A DNA stretch of 64,000 bases from positions 32,657 through 96,656 of the forward strand of contig JBKHDI010000001.1 in assembly GCA_046541415.1 (NCBI GenBank), written 5' to 3'. Shown here in pieces: positions 28,730 through 36,979 of the stretch (its first letter is position 1; each line of letters starts with the position of its first letter). Position numbers and translations under genes: made by a program. A model generated the notes under the pieces. That model was given only the letters and a program-made list of their open reading frames with translations. It was not told the origin of the DNA and did no database searches. The stretch comes from Phycisphaerae bacterium (GTDB lineage Bacteria; Planctomycetota; Phycisphaerae; SM23-33).

Positions 28730-29244
28730 CGCAGCGCCTCGATGACCGCCTTGGTAAACGCAGGCAGGTCGTCCGGCTTGCGGGCGGTTATCACGTTGCC
28801 GTCGACCACACATTCCTCATCGACCCAGTCGGCCCCGGCGTTGAGCATGTCGTGCTTGATCGCCAGGAAGCTCGTCGCCCGCCTGCCCTGCAGGGCGTCG
28901 GTGCAGCAGAGCATCCACCCGCCGTGGCAGATCGCTGCCAGCAGGATCTGCCCCTCGGCCGCCTGCTGAATGAAGCGAATCATCGAACGGCTGCGACGCA
29001 TGAAGTCCGGACACCAGCCGCCCGGGACGATCACGCAGTGATAGTCCGCCCCGTTGACGTCCGCGGCCGAGTGCGTCGAGACGCACGGATAGCCGAGTTT
29101 CGAGGGGTACTGGGTCTCGGCCTCAGGGGCCACCAGATGCACCTCGGCCTGTTCTTCGATCAGGCGATAGTACGGGTGCCAGACCTCCATCTCCTGGTAC
29201 TGCTGGTCGAGCATGATCGCGATCCGTTTGTCCTGCAGGGTCAT
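28726..29244 (-). CDS. DJ-1/PfpI family protein (class I glutamine amidotransferase-like)
   Basis: 172 aa. Nucleophile-elbow Cys in AAICHGG, typical DJ-1/PfpI sequence. GGAG RBS. Confidence 0.8.
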   Translation of the reverse strand: MTLQDKRIAIMLDQQYQEMEVWHPYYRLIEEQAEVHLVAPEAETQYPSKLGYPCVSTHSAADVNGADYHCVIVPGGWCPDFMRRSRSMIRFIQQAAEGQILLAAICHGGWMLCCTDALQGRRATSFLAIKHDMLNAGADWVDEECVVDGNVITARKPDDLPAFTKAVIEALR

Positions 29245-29305
29245 CGGTGTCTCCTTGAAAAAGGGTACACTTATTTGTATCGAATCGTCTGGCTGATTTC
29301 CAACC

Positions 29306-29611
29306 TCAGCCGTCGAGCACGTCGATGTCGCTGCCGTCCAGGGCGGCCGCAGAGGCGTCTCCGGTCGGTTGACTGCCGCTGAGGTCGGCCCGTCCGCCCG
29401 AGCCGGTGGCAGCTGGGTATAGGCCGGTCTGCAGCGACGCCCGGGCCGGGCCGCAGACCGGATTGGGGCTGAAGGCCCGCAGAAACTGCACGCCCCGGGC
29501 GGCGAGGCGGTCCAGATTCGGCGTGGTTTCCAGAGGCTGGCCGTAACAGCCGATCGAGTCGGGCCTCTGCTGATCGGTGAAAAAGACGACGAGGTTCGGT
29601 TGTTTCGACAT
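29306..29611 (-). pseudogene. N-terminal remnant (~70 aa) of a sulfatase (arylsulfatase family), truncated
   Basis: VVFFTDQQRPDSIGCYG...NLDRLAARGVQF..PVCGPARASLQTGLYP matches sulfatase N-terminal signature including C-x-P-x-R formylglycine motif. Sequence then degenerates and stops at 101 aa. Only ~360 bp available before next gene. Confidence 0.6.
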
Positions 29612-29746
29612 CCCGTTAGCTTACCGCATGCAGACGGGCTCTGCATTCCGGTTTTGTATGATCCCTGTCTTGAATGCGGCGGTCACCCAGGCAGCAGGCG
29701 GATCGGCCCAAAGGCGGGCAAGGGGGATGGGCCGTTTGCCGCCTAA

Positions 29747-29778
29747 CGAAAAATGCCCGCTGCAGAAGCAACGGGCAT
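29747..29778 (-). terminator. intrinsic terminator immediately 3' of tRNA-Ala (ATGCCCG-N12-CGGGCAT + TTTTTC on minus strand)
   Basis: Read directly. Begins 5 nt after tRNA 3' end. Confidence 0.55.
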
Positions 29779-29783
29779 CCAGA

Positions 29784-29856
29784 TGGAGCCGAGGGGATTC
29801 GAACCCCTGACCTACGCATTGCGAACGCGTCGCTCTCCCAGCTGAGCTACGGCCCC
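29784..29856 (-). tRNA. tRNA-Ala (anticodon CGC)
   Basis: Minus-strand sequence GGGGCCGTAGCTCAGCTGGGAGAGCGACGCGTTCGCAATGCGTAGGTCAGGGGTTCGAATCCCCTCGGCTCCA folds as cloverleaf. G3:U70 alanine identity pair, anticodon loop TTCGCAA, T-loop GGTTCGAATCC. CCA not encoded. Confidence 0.9.
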
Positions 29857-29926
29857 GGGTGAATTCGGGAGTATATCCCAGCATCGGCCAACTGCAAAGT
29901 GAAATTCAGGCGGCACGAAGGATTTG

Positions 29927-30970
29927 TCAGCCTAGCCCATGCTTGCAGGATGGTTCCGGTCCCAGGTAATTGCCCGTCGCTGCGTAAGCGCGGGCCCGAC
30001 AACCACCGCAAATGCCCTTGTAGCTGCATCGGCCGCAGGCGCCCTGGAGCTTGTCGTAATCCCGAAGGTCGGCCAGGACGGCGCTGTCACGCCAGATGTC
30101 GGCCAGGGGCGTCTGCGTCACGTCGCCGCATTCAACGGGCAGGTAGCCGCAGGGGAACACCTGCCCGACATGGGAGACGAAAACTACCGAGACCCCGCCC
30201 AGGCACCCTCTTGAATGGCCCGTATCCAGGCCCCGCTGGGCGGCGATGCGGTAGTAGTGGGGGGCGCAGGTCGCCTTGATCTCCATCGACCTGCTCTGCT
30301 GGCGATCGACGATCCAGTTCAGCACGGCCTCGTAGCGATCGGGCGGCAGCTGGTGACTCGGGCCGATCTGCACGCCGCAGCCGACCGGGACCAGCAGGAA
30401 CAGGTGCAGCGCCTCGGCCCCGATTTGTCCGGCCAGGGCGTAGATCTCGTCGAGTTGCTGATCATTATGGGCGGCGATGGTGGCGTTGACCTGCAGGGGC
30501 ACGGCCGCAGCTCGCAGGTGCGCCGCACCGGCCATGGCTTGCGCAAAGGCGCCGTCCACACCGCGGAAAGCATCGTGCGCAGCGGCGTCGGCCCCGTCGA
30601 AGCTGATCGAGACGCGACGGAAGCCCGCATTCCGGATCTGTTCGGCGATCCTCGCATCGACCAGCGTGCCATTGGTCGCCAGGGCGGTCGGCAGCGACAG
30701 CGATCGGGCGTAATCGGCCAGTTCCTGCCAGTCGTTCCGCATCAGCGGCTCGCCGCCGGAGAAGACGATGATCGGCATGCCCAGGGTGGCGGCCGAGTCG
30801 AGCACCGACTTGACCTGCGCCGTTGTCAATTCGTCCGGCTGGGCTTGGCCAGGATCCAGCCGCCTGCAATGCACGCAGGCCAGATTGCACCGCGCCGTGG
30901 ACTCCCAGAACAGCAGACGCAGGGGCCTGGGCCCGTCAGTCTGGCCGATATGGCGCGAGGGGGGCGTCAC
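29927..30970 (-). CDS. radical SAM/SPASM protein, NirJ/AhbC/AhbD family (putative alternative heme biosynthesis enzyme)
   Basis: N-terminal LRLLFWESTARCNLACVHC motif characteristic of NirJ-type enzymes. C-terminal Cys-rich SPASM region (CGRCSYKGICGGCRARAYA). GTG start overlapping upstream stop (GTGA). Confidence 0.6.
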   Translation of the reverse strand: MTPPSRHIGQTDGPRPLRLLFWESTARCNLACVHCRRLDPGQAQPDELTTAQVKSVLDSAATLGMPIIVFSGGEPLMRNDWQELADYARSLSLPTALATNGTLVDARIAEQIRNAGFRRVSISFDGADAAAHDAFRGVDGAFAQAMAGAAHLRAAAVPLQVNATIAAHNDQQLDEIYALAGQIGAEALHLFLLVPVGCGVQIGPSHQLPPDRYEAVLNWIVDRQQSRSMEIKATCAPHYYRIAAQRGLDTGHSRGCLGGVSVVFVSHVGQVFPCGYLPVECGDVTQTPLADIWRDSAVLADLRDYDKLQGACGRCSYKGICGGCRARAYAATGNYLGPEPSCKHGLG

Positions 30971-32160
30971 AGTGGCAGGTCTCCCTCGATTTCCGCATCG
31001 GTCAGATAGCAGGCAGGGTCATCTCCCCACAGGTTGCCCGTTGCCGCCTCGGCCCGGGCCCGCAGATTGCCATTGCACATCGGCAGAAAGCGGCAGTCCA
31101 GGCAGCGACATTCCAGGTGTTTGTGTCGGTCGCGCAGCTTTGCCAGCAGCTCGTTGTCCGGGTCTGTCCAGATCTCGCTGAAGGGACGATGCAGCACGTT
31201 GCCCAGCACCTTGTTGCGCCAGAACTGGTCGGGGTGCACGTTGCCGTTCCAGCTGACACAGCCGATGCCGACGCCCGTCGAGTTCCCGCCGTTCATTTGC
31301 AGCAGTTGCAGCGCATTGGCGGCCCGGGCCGGGTCTTCCTCCAGCAGACGCAGGTACAGGTAGGGCCCGTCGGCGTGGTTGTCGACGGTAAGCACCTCGA
31401 CCTGCCTGCGATCGCGGTGCAGCCGGACTGTCCGGTCGATGATCCGGTCGATCGCCTCGCGGGTCTGGGCTGCGTCGAGTGAGTCGGTGCGGATCTGGTC
31501 GCCGCGGCCGGTGTAGGCCAGATGGTAGAAGCAGATCCGCGGGATGTTCTTCTCTTCCAGCAGGTCGAACATGCCGTCTATGTCTTCCACGTTACGGCGG
31601 TTCAGCGTCAGACGCAGGCCGACCTTTACCCCGGCGGATTGACAGTTGTCTATGCCTTCCATCGCCCGATCGAACGCGCCGGCAACGCCCCGGAACTCGT
31701 CGTTGACCTCCCGCAGTCCGTCCAGGCTGATGCCCACGTAACTCAGGCCCGCTCGGGCGAAGGCGTCGGCCTTGACGGGCGTAATCAGCGTGCCATTGGT
31801 CGAAACCACCGCCCGCATGCCGGCCTGGCGGGCATGGCCGATCATCTCCAGCAGGTCCGGACGCATGAGCGGCTCTCCACCGGAGATCAGCAGTACGGGA
31901 CAGCCGAAGCAGGCCAGGTCGTCGATCATAGCCCGGGCCTGCTCGCCAGTCAGTTCATCCGGGGCCGGGTCGCAATTGCTGGCTGAGTAACAATGCGCGC
32001 AGCGTAGATTGCACGCCTTGGTGGAGTTCCAGACCACCACGGGCCTCTTGTCGGCCGAGAACTGCAGCAAATGGCTGGGCAGTTTCCCGCTGTCCCTGCC
32101 GTACCGCAACGGGTCTGATGCCTCGACAGTGCGACAGTAAAGTTTGGAGATTCCGATCAT
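30967..32160 (-). CDS. radical SAM/SPASM protein, NirJ/AhbC/AhbD family (second paralog)
   Basis: MIGISKLYCRTVEASDPLRYGRD leader then RPVVVWNSTKACNLRCAHCYSAS motif. C-terminal SPASM cysteines (CRCLDCRFLPMCNGNLRARA). Start at first ATG (32160), no clear SD. Confidence 0.6.
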   Translation of the reverse strand: MIGISKLYCRTVEASDPLRYGRDSGKLPSHLLQFSADKRPVVVWNSTKACNLRCAHCYSASNCDPAPDELTGEQARAMIDDLACFGCPVLLISGGEPLMRPDLLEMIGHARQAGMRAVVSTNGTLITPVKADAFARAGLSYVGISLDGLREVNDEFRGVAGAFDRAMEGIDNCQSAGVKVGLRLTLNRRNVEDIDGMFDLLEEKNIPRICFYHLAYTGRGDQIRTDSLDAAQTREAIDRIIDRTVRLHRDRRQVEVLTVDNHADGPYLYLRLLEEDPARAANALQLLQMNGGNSTGVGIGCVSWNGNVHPDQFWRNKVLGNVLHRPFSEIWTDPDNELLAKLRDRHKHLECRCLDCRFLPMCNGNLRARAEAATGNLWGDDPACYLTDAEIEGDLPL

Positions 32161-32263
32161 GGCAGGTCCGGCTGGGGGGGTGTTACGTCTATACGGCGGG
32201 GTGCATTCTAGCAGAACCCCGAGTCCTGCCCCAACGCCTGTCTTGCAATTCCGGCCGTCCTGC

Positions 32264-33370
32264 TCAGTTGCCGAACTGGAAGGCCTCGTCCAGCAGCTTA
32301 AAGCCCAGTTGGGTCTGGGTGACCACGAGCCTGCCGTTGACGATCTTGACCGACCCCTTGCCCAGGGGATACCACATGTCATCGCCGATGGCGTTCTTGA
32401 TTATCGCGATGATGCTGTCGCGGTTGCGCGTCTTGAGCCGTTCGAGCTCATCCAGCCCGCCGCGGTCGTCATCATCGTCGTCGTCATCGTCGTCATCGTC
32501 ATCGTCGAAATCGAAGCCGTCATCGTCGTCATCATCGTCGTCGTTGTTCGGCAGGGCCGGCAGGGGGTCCGGGCCCTTGAAGTTGCGGATGGGCATCAGC
32601 GCGTGCTTGATGTCGTAGATGCGGGTCTGGGTTTTCTGGTTCAGGGCCTGCCCGGTGGCGATGGTGACAACGCCGCCGTCGACGACCCAGTAGACGCTGG
32701 AGAACGTGTCGCGGTTGGCGTTGAGCTGGGCCATGACCACGTCGAGCACCCGGGCGGCGGATACGTTGTTGAGCTTCAGCTGGATGGGTGTGTCCGGGCT
32801 GATGCCCTCCAGTTCCAGCGAGGCCCAGTTGACGTGGAAGTTCTGCTCTGTTGTTGTCCGCATGAACTGGACCACGTCGCGCAGGGCGATGTTGTCGAAG
32901 TCATACTGGACCTGGCTGCGCCGGGCCGGCTGTTTGCCCCTGGCGGCCTCGACGGCAGTGCCAACGGCGGGAAGGGTGCGCACGCGGCGATCGCGCCCGG
33001 CCTGGGATCGAAGCAGGAGGTACCGCTGCTGGCTGGTTACCAGGATCTTGCCGTCGTGGACCAGCCATGTCAGGGGCTTTCCCTGCGGGGAGACGCGCAC
33101 CAGCAGCGTATCCAGCAGGGCTGCGGGTTTGACCTCGCGCCGGGCTATGCGGACAGGGGTATCCAGCGACACGCCATAGCTCTCCAGCGTGCGGGCGTCG
33201 ATGTGGACCTTCATGTCGACCTTGCTGCCGACCCACGCCAGGGCCTGGCCCAGCGTGGCCGGGATGCCCGCGGTGGAGACCGGCTGCTTCATCGGATCGG
33301 CCTTCTCGGCCGCCGCCGGGGCGAGCGAGAGGAGTGTCAGCAAGGCTGCGATCGAGAGTTGCTGTTTCAT
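32264..33370 (-). CDS. secreted protein with two STN/secretin-N-like repeat domains and a 26-residue poly-aspartate tract
   Basis: Signal peptide MKQQLSIAALLTLLSLAPAAA. Two similar ~80-aa units (HIDARTLESYGVSLDTPVRIARREVKPAALLDTL / YDFDNIALRDVVQFMRTTTEQNFHVNWASLELEG). DDDDDDDDGFDFDDDDDDDDDDDDDD tract. GGGAGA RBS. Confidence 0.55.
   Translation of the reverse strand: MKQQLSIAALLTLLSLAPAAAEKADPMKQPVSTAGIPATLGQALAWVGSKVDMKVHIDARTLESYGVSLDTPVRIARREVKPAALLDTLLVRVSPQGKPLTWLVHDGKILVTSQQRYLLLRSQAGRDRRVRTLPAVGTAVEAARGKQPARRSQVQYDFDNIALRDVVQFMRTTTEQNFHVNWASLELEGISPDTPIQLKLNNVSAARVLDVVMAQLNANRDTFSSVYWVVDGGVVTIATGQALNQKTQTRIYDIKHALMPIRNFKGPDPLPALPNNDDDDDDDDGFDFDDDDDDDDDDDDDDRGGLDELERLKTRNRDSIIAIIKNAIGDDMWYPLGKGSVKIVNGRLVVTQTQLGFKLLDEAFQFGN
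32465..32542. repeat. in-frame (GTC/ATC)n trinucleotide simple-sequence repeat encoding poly-Asp
   Basis: 26 near-consecutive GTC/ATC codons on plus strand (GAC/GAT on coding strand), interrupted only by GAA-ATC-GAA-GCC. Confidence 0.85.
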
Positions 33371-33513
33371 GGTATCTCCCGCGGTTGGCTGGCCGCCGGA
33401 TCGAACGGGCAGATCCGACATCAGCGAAGGCTGTCTCTGCTGTTCTAATTGTAGCCTGTCCGGGCGCAGAAAGGTTGCGCCGTCTTGATCCAGACAGCCT
33501 CGCTGCCCGGCGG

Positions 33514-34386
33514 TTAGTACATGCTTCGCAGATAACCCCGTGCGGTGGCAAACCAGCCCGTGCCCCAATGTCGCAGGCCGTGCAGCAGCAGCGAGGCTAG
33601 ACCAACCGCAGTCAGATCGGCGGCGTTGGCCTCGATAAAGCTGATCACGCTGGACGGGTGATTGCGCACGTGGAGCAGCTCGCAGTGTTCCATGTTGTCA
33701 TCGGCCTTGCGGGCGCCTTCACGCAGTTCGGCCACGCCGGCATCGACGCAGACGTCGAAGATCATCTCCGGCTGGACGATGTGCTTGTCGCGAACCAGGC
33801 CCAGGCAGATCATCTCGGTAATCTTCTCGCCGGGCATGGCGCACTCTTCCAGCAGTTCCTCGGCCATGGTCCGGAAGGGGCAGGGCAGTTGGTCAGGCTC
33901 CTCGGGAGGCTGGACGACGCCCCCGATCGGGTGGATCCGTCCGGCGTGGTAGTACACGTGCTCGCTGCGCCGCCCGAGCAGCAGGAAGCCGTCGTTGGTC
34001 TGCAGGGCCGCCGAGACGCCCAGGGCGTCGCCGAGGATGTCCGGGCCATACTCGTACCGCAGATGGGCGTGTGTCAGGTTGGTGCCCAGGAACGTCTTGA
34101 AGTCGATCGGGCCCAGATCTAGCGTCAGGTCGTCGCCGGTGGTCGAGCAGTCTTCCAATCGACACAGTTGGCCGTTGAACAGGCGACGGTCGGTCCCCTG
34201 GGCCTTTTCCATCTGCTCGGCCCAGGTCTTGTCGATCAACTCCGTCACAGCCTCGCTGACCGGACGGCTGAGAGTCGACCACTTGACCCGGACGCGCTCG
34301 GGGGGGTACTTCCCGACCATGTCCAGGAAGAAACGCCCGCAGTCGCGGACGCCTCCGTTGGTTTTGTGCACTTCGTATGCCTGCAA
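33514..34386 (-). CDS. hypothetical protein (290 aa; degenerate NUDIX-like box GGVVQPPEE..RTMAEELLEE)
   Basis: Coherent ORF between hemB and secreted protein. TTG start with GAGG RBS. Fold assignment tentative. Confidence 0.4.
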   Translation of the reverse strand: MQAYEVHKTNGGVRDCGRFFLDMVGKYPPERVRVKWSTLSRPVSEAVTELIDKTWAEQMEKAQGTDRRLFNGQLCRLEDCSTTGDDLTLDLGPIDFKTFLGTNLTHAHLRYEYGPDILGDALGVSAALQTNDGFLLLGRRSEHVYYHAGRIHPIGGVVQPPEEPDQLPCPFRTMAEELLEECAMPGEKITEMICLGLVRDKHIVQPEMIFDVCVDAGVAELREGARKADDNMEHCELLHVRNHPSSVISFIEANAADLTAVGLASLLLHGLRHWGTGWFATARGYLRSMY

Positions 34387-34415
34387 CGTCAGTTCCTCTG
34401 TATTCCCTTGTATTG

Positions 34416-35411
34416 TTATCCCCGGGACATCGCCCGGGCAAGATCTTCGGCAAAGTAGGTGATGATCCAGTCTGCCCCGGCCCGCTTGATGGCCGTTACG
34501 GTCTCGGCCGCTGCGTCGGGCAGCTTCAGCCAGCCACGCTGGGCGGCGGCATGGAGCATGGCGTACTCGCCGCTGACCTGGTAGGCCGCCAGGGGCAGAT
34601 CGAACCGCTGCCGGAGCGACTGGAGGATATCCAGGTAGGCCCCGGCGGGTTTGACCATCAGCATGTCCGCACCTTCGTCCACGTCACCTGCGGCTTCGAG
34701 CATCGCCTGCCGGCCGCTACGGTAGTCCATCTGATAGCTGCGCCGGTCGCCGGCTTGCGGGGCGCTGTCCGCGGCGTCCCGGAAAGGGCCGTACAGCGAC
34801 GAAGCGAACTTCACCGCATAAGACAGAATCGCCGTCTGTTCGTGTCCGTCCCGGTCCAGGGCCTGGCGGATCGCTCCGACCTGGCCGTCCATCATCGCCG
34901 AGGGGGCGACCACGTCCGCCCCGCAGGCTGCGTGGGAAACCGCGATCCGCCCGAGTGATTCTATCGCCCGGTCGTTCTCGACCGTCACAGTCCCGTCCGC
35001 CTGCTCGACCAGCGGGCCACAATGGCCATGGTCGGTGTATTCGCACAGGCAGACGTCGGTGATTACCAGCAGCCCGGGCCATCGCTGTTTGATCTGTCCG
35101 ACCAGTCGGCCGACCGGCTGGGTGTCATCCCAGGCGCTGCTGCCTTCGGCGTCCTTGCTTTCGGGCAGGCCGAACAGCAAGACTGTCCGAATGCCCAGAT
35201 CCACCCACGTGCCGACCTTCGTTATCGCCTGATCGACCGACAGTTGGAACTGCCCGGGCATGGAGGCGATCTCGCGGGCCTGGGCTTTGCCGGGACAGAC
35301 GAACAACGGCGCAACAAGCTGTCGGGCCGAGAGAAAGACCTCGGCCAGCGAGTCTCGCATTGTCGACGTCCGTCGGAGTCGACGCAAACGCCTGGCTGGA
35401 TATCGGCTCAT
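34416..35411 (-). CDS. hemB: porphobilinogen synthase (delta-aminolevulinic acid dehydratase)
   Basis: N-terminal RRLRRLRR motif and active-site region match HemB (VSGEYAMLHAAAQ, catalytic lysines). 331 aa. Confidence 0.92.
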   Translation of the reverse strand: MSRYPARRLRRLRRTSTMRDSLAEVFLSARQLVAPLFVCPGKAQAREIASMPGQFQLSVDQAITKVGTWVDLGIRTVLLFGLPESKDAEGSSAWDDTQPVGRLVGQIKQRWPGLLVITDVCLCEYTDHGHCGPLVEQADGTVTVENDRAIESLGRIAVSHAACGADVVAPSAMMDGQVGAIRQALDRDGHEQTAILSYAVKFASSLYGPFRDAADSAPQAGDRRSYQMDYRSGRQAMLEAAGDVDEGADMLMVKPAGAYLDILQSLRQRFDLPLAAYQVSGEYAMLHAAAQRGWLKLPDAAAETVTAIKRAGADWIITYFAEDLARAMSRG

Positions 35412-35525
35412 GGTTTCCCATTCAGCTGCCCCGATTGCGGCGTGGGCGACAATAAATACATAGTCGCTGGTGCAATCAGAGACACTATAGCAGATGCATA
35501 ACGATATCTCAAGCCTGCGTTCGGG

Positions 35526-36953
35526 TCATTGGCCCTGCCGGCCAACCGCTGCGGCGGGCAGGGGGGCCTGCAGGGTCATCGGACCCTCGGCGCCGCGATG
35601 GACGACAAACGGTGTCCCGCTTTCCTGGCCGCTGTCCTGGCGGACACGCAGCGAGTAATCGCCGTAGAACCCGCGGAACCGGACCACGCCGTCGCCGTCG
35701 GTCCGCAGCTGCTGTCGGGTGGTCCAGTCTTCGTGGATCAACTTCTTGACGCGGTGGTAGACAGCCTTGGGCTCGTGGCTGGAGGCCTGGCCCCAGTCGA
35801 TGCCCCAGCCCATCAGTCCCCAGAAGAAGAAGGCGTCGACGGCCGGGTGGCCGAACGCAGTGGTCAGGTAGTTTTCCACGTAGTCGGCCTGGAGATTGTC
35901 GATCTCCGCCTGGCTGAGCTTGCCGGTTTCCTCCAGCGCCTTGGTTCGGGCCCAGAACTCGGTAATGTGCAGCCCCAGACCGCAGGCGGACAACTCGTCA
36001 TAGACAGCCGCCTGATCGGCGTGGCTGGCCCAGCCGCCGGTGTGCGACTGCAGGCCCATCGCGTCGGGGCAGGCGCCGGCCTCGGTCAGGGCGGCAAAGA
36101 GCTCCAGGTTCCGCTTGCGCTGCAGCGAGGGGACCACCTTCGTCCCGTCGGCGGCGACAGAACCGCGGTCCTCGTCCTTGCCCTGCAGTCCGTAGTCGTT
36201 GACGATGTACGTCGCGTCGGGGTCTTCCTCGCGAGCCCATCGGAGCACTTCGGCAATGTATTCGGCAATCAGCTCGGTCTTCTCCAGGTGCGGCCAGTTG
36301 CGCTGGGCGAGGTTCTTAAAGGCCGGCTCCCAGAGGGCTTCGTTGACCACGTCCCAGATCTTCACCCTTCCCCGCCCGGCGGCGATCAGCGTTCGGACGC
36401 GGACTTCGGCGAACTTCATCTGCGTCTCGTAGTCGTAGCGTTTGACCCAGTCGGGCACGCACTTGTCGATCGACCAGAACAGCGGGTGACCCTTGACGGT
36501 CAGCCCCTCGCTCATGCCCCAGTCCACGCACCAGCGGAACCCGTCGTACTGCGGCTGGCCCTGAATGTCTTCGGTCTTGGCCCCGTCGTTACGGCCTCGC
36601 TCGGTCCAGTAGCACAGGGCAGTGCAGGCGTTGAGGCAGTCGGCGAAGAGTCGCTTGAAATAGCGGGCCTTGTCGGTCTGGCCCTCGCCGAAGCGGTACA
36701 TCCGGTCCAGGCCCCAGAGCTGGTCGCCGAAGCAGAAGGCGTGCTTCTTGAGCACGACCTCTACAGGCACATTGGCCAGGGCCTGGCCTTGGCGATCCAC
36801 CAGGCGCAGCTCGACGTCGCCCTTGCGGACCCGGTCGATCCTTCCCTTTGCTTCGCGGACCGCGGAGAGGGATTCCTCCGACATGCAGTCCTGCATGCCC
36901 GCTTCCATCCGCAGCCACTCTTCTCCGCCTTGTCCGATATTGTCATTCATCGT
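35526..36953 (-). CDS. glycoside hydrolase family 10 (endo-beta-1,4-xylanase-like) with N-terminal beta-sandwich/CBM-like region
   Basis: GH10 acid/base motif WDVVNEALW and nucleophile region HITEFW. Start at internal ATG 36953 (track ORF to 37031). Confidence 0.65.
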   Translation of the reverse strand, partial: TMNDNIGQGGEEWLRMEAGMQDCMSEESLSAVREAKGRIDRVRKGDVELRLVDRQGQALANVPVEVVLKKHAFCFGDQLWGLDRMYRFGEGQTDKARYFKRLFADCLNACTALCYWTERGRNDGAKTEDIQGQPQYDGFRWCVDWGMSEGLTVKGHPLFWSIDKCVPDWVKRYDYETQMKFAEVRVRTLIAAGRGRVKIWDVVNEALWEPAFKNLAQRNWPHLEKTELIAEYIAEVLRWAREEDPDATYIVNDYGLQGKDEDRGSVAADGTKVVPSLQRKRNLELFAALTEAGACPDAMGLQSHTGGWASHADQAAVYDELSACGLGLHITEFWARTKALEETGKLSQAEIDNLQADYVENYLTTAFGHPAVDAFFFWGLMGWGIDWGQASSHEPKAVYHRVKKLIHEDWTTRQQLRTDGDGVVRFRGFYGDYSLRVRQDSGQESGTPFVVHRGAEGPMTLQAPLPAAAVGRQGQ

Positions 36954-36979
36954 GTCTCTCTTTCCCAGGGCCCCTGAGA

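Noticed and set aside
29616-29884. several 60-90 aa ORFs overlapping the tRNA-Ala gene
   Set aside because: They overlap a confidently folded tRNA and its terminator.
33514-34386. confident NUDIX hydrolase call for the hypothetical protein
   Set aside because: Nudix box only partially matches (GX5E present, REUXEEXGU degenerate). Kept as hypothetical with a tentative note.
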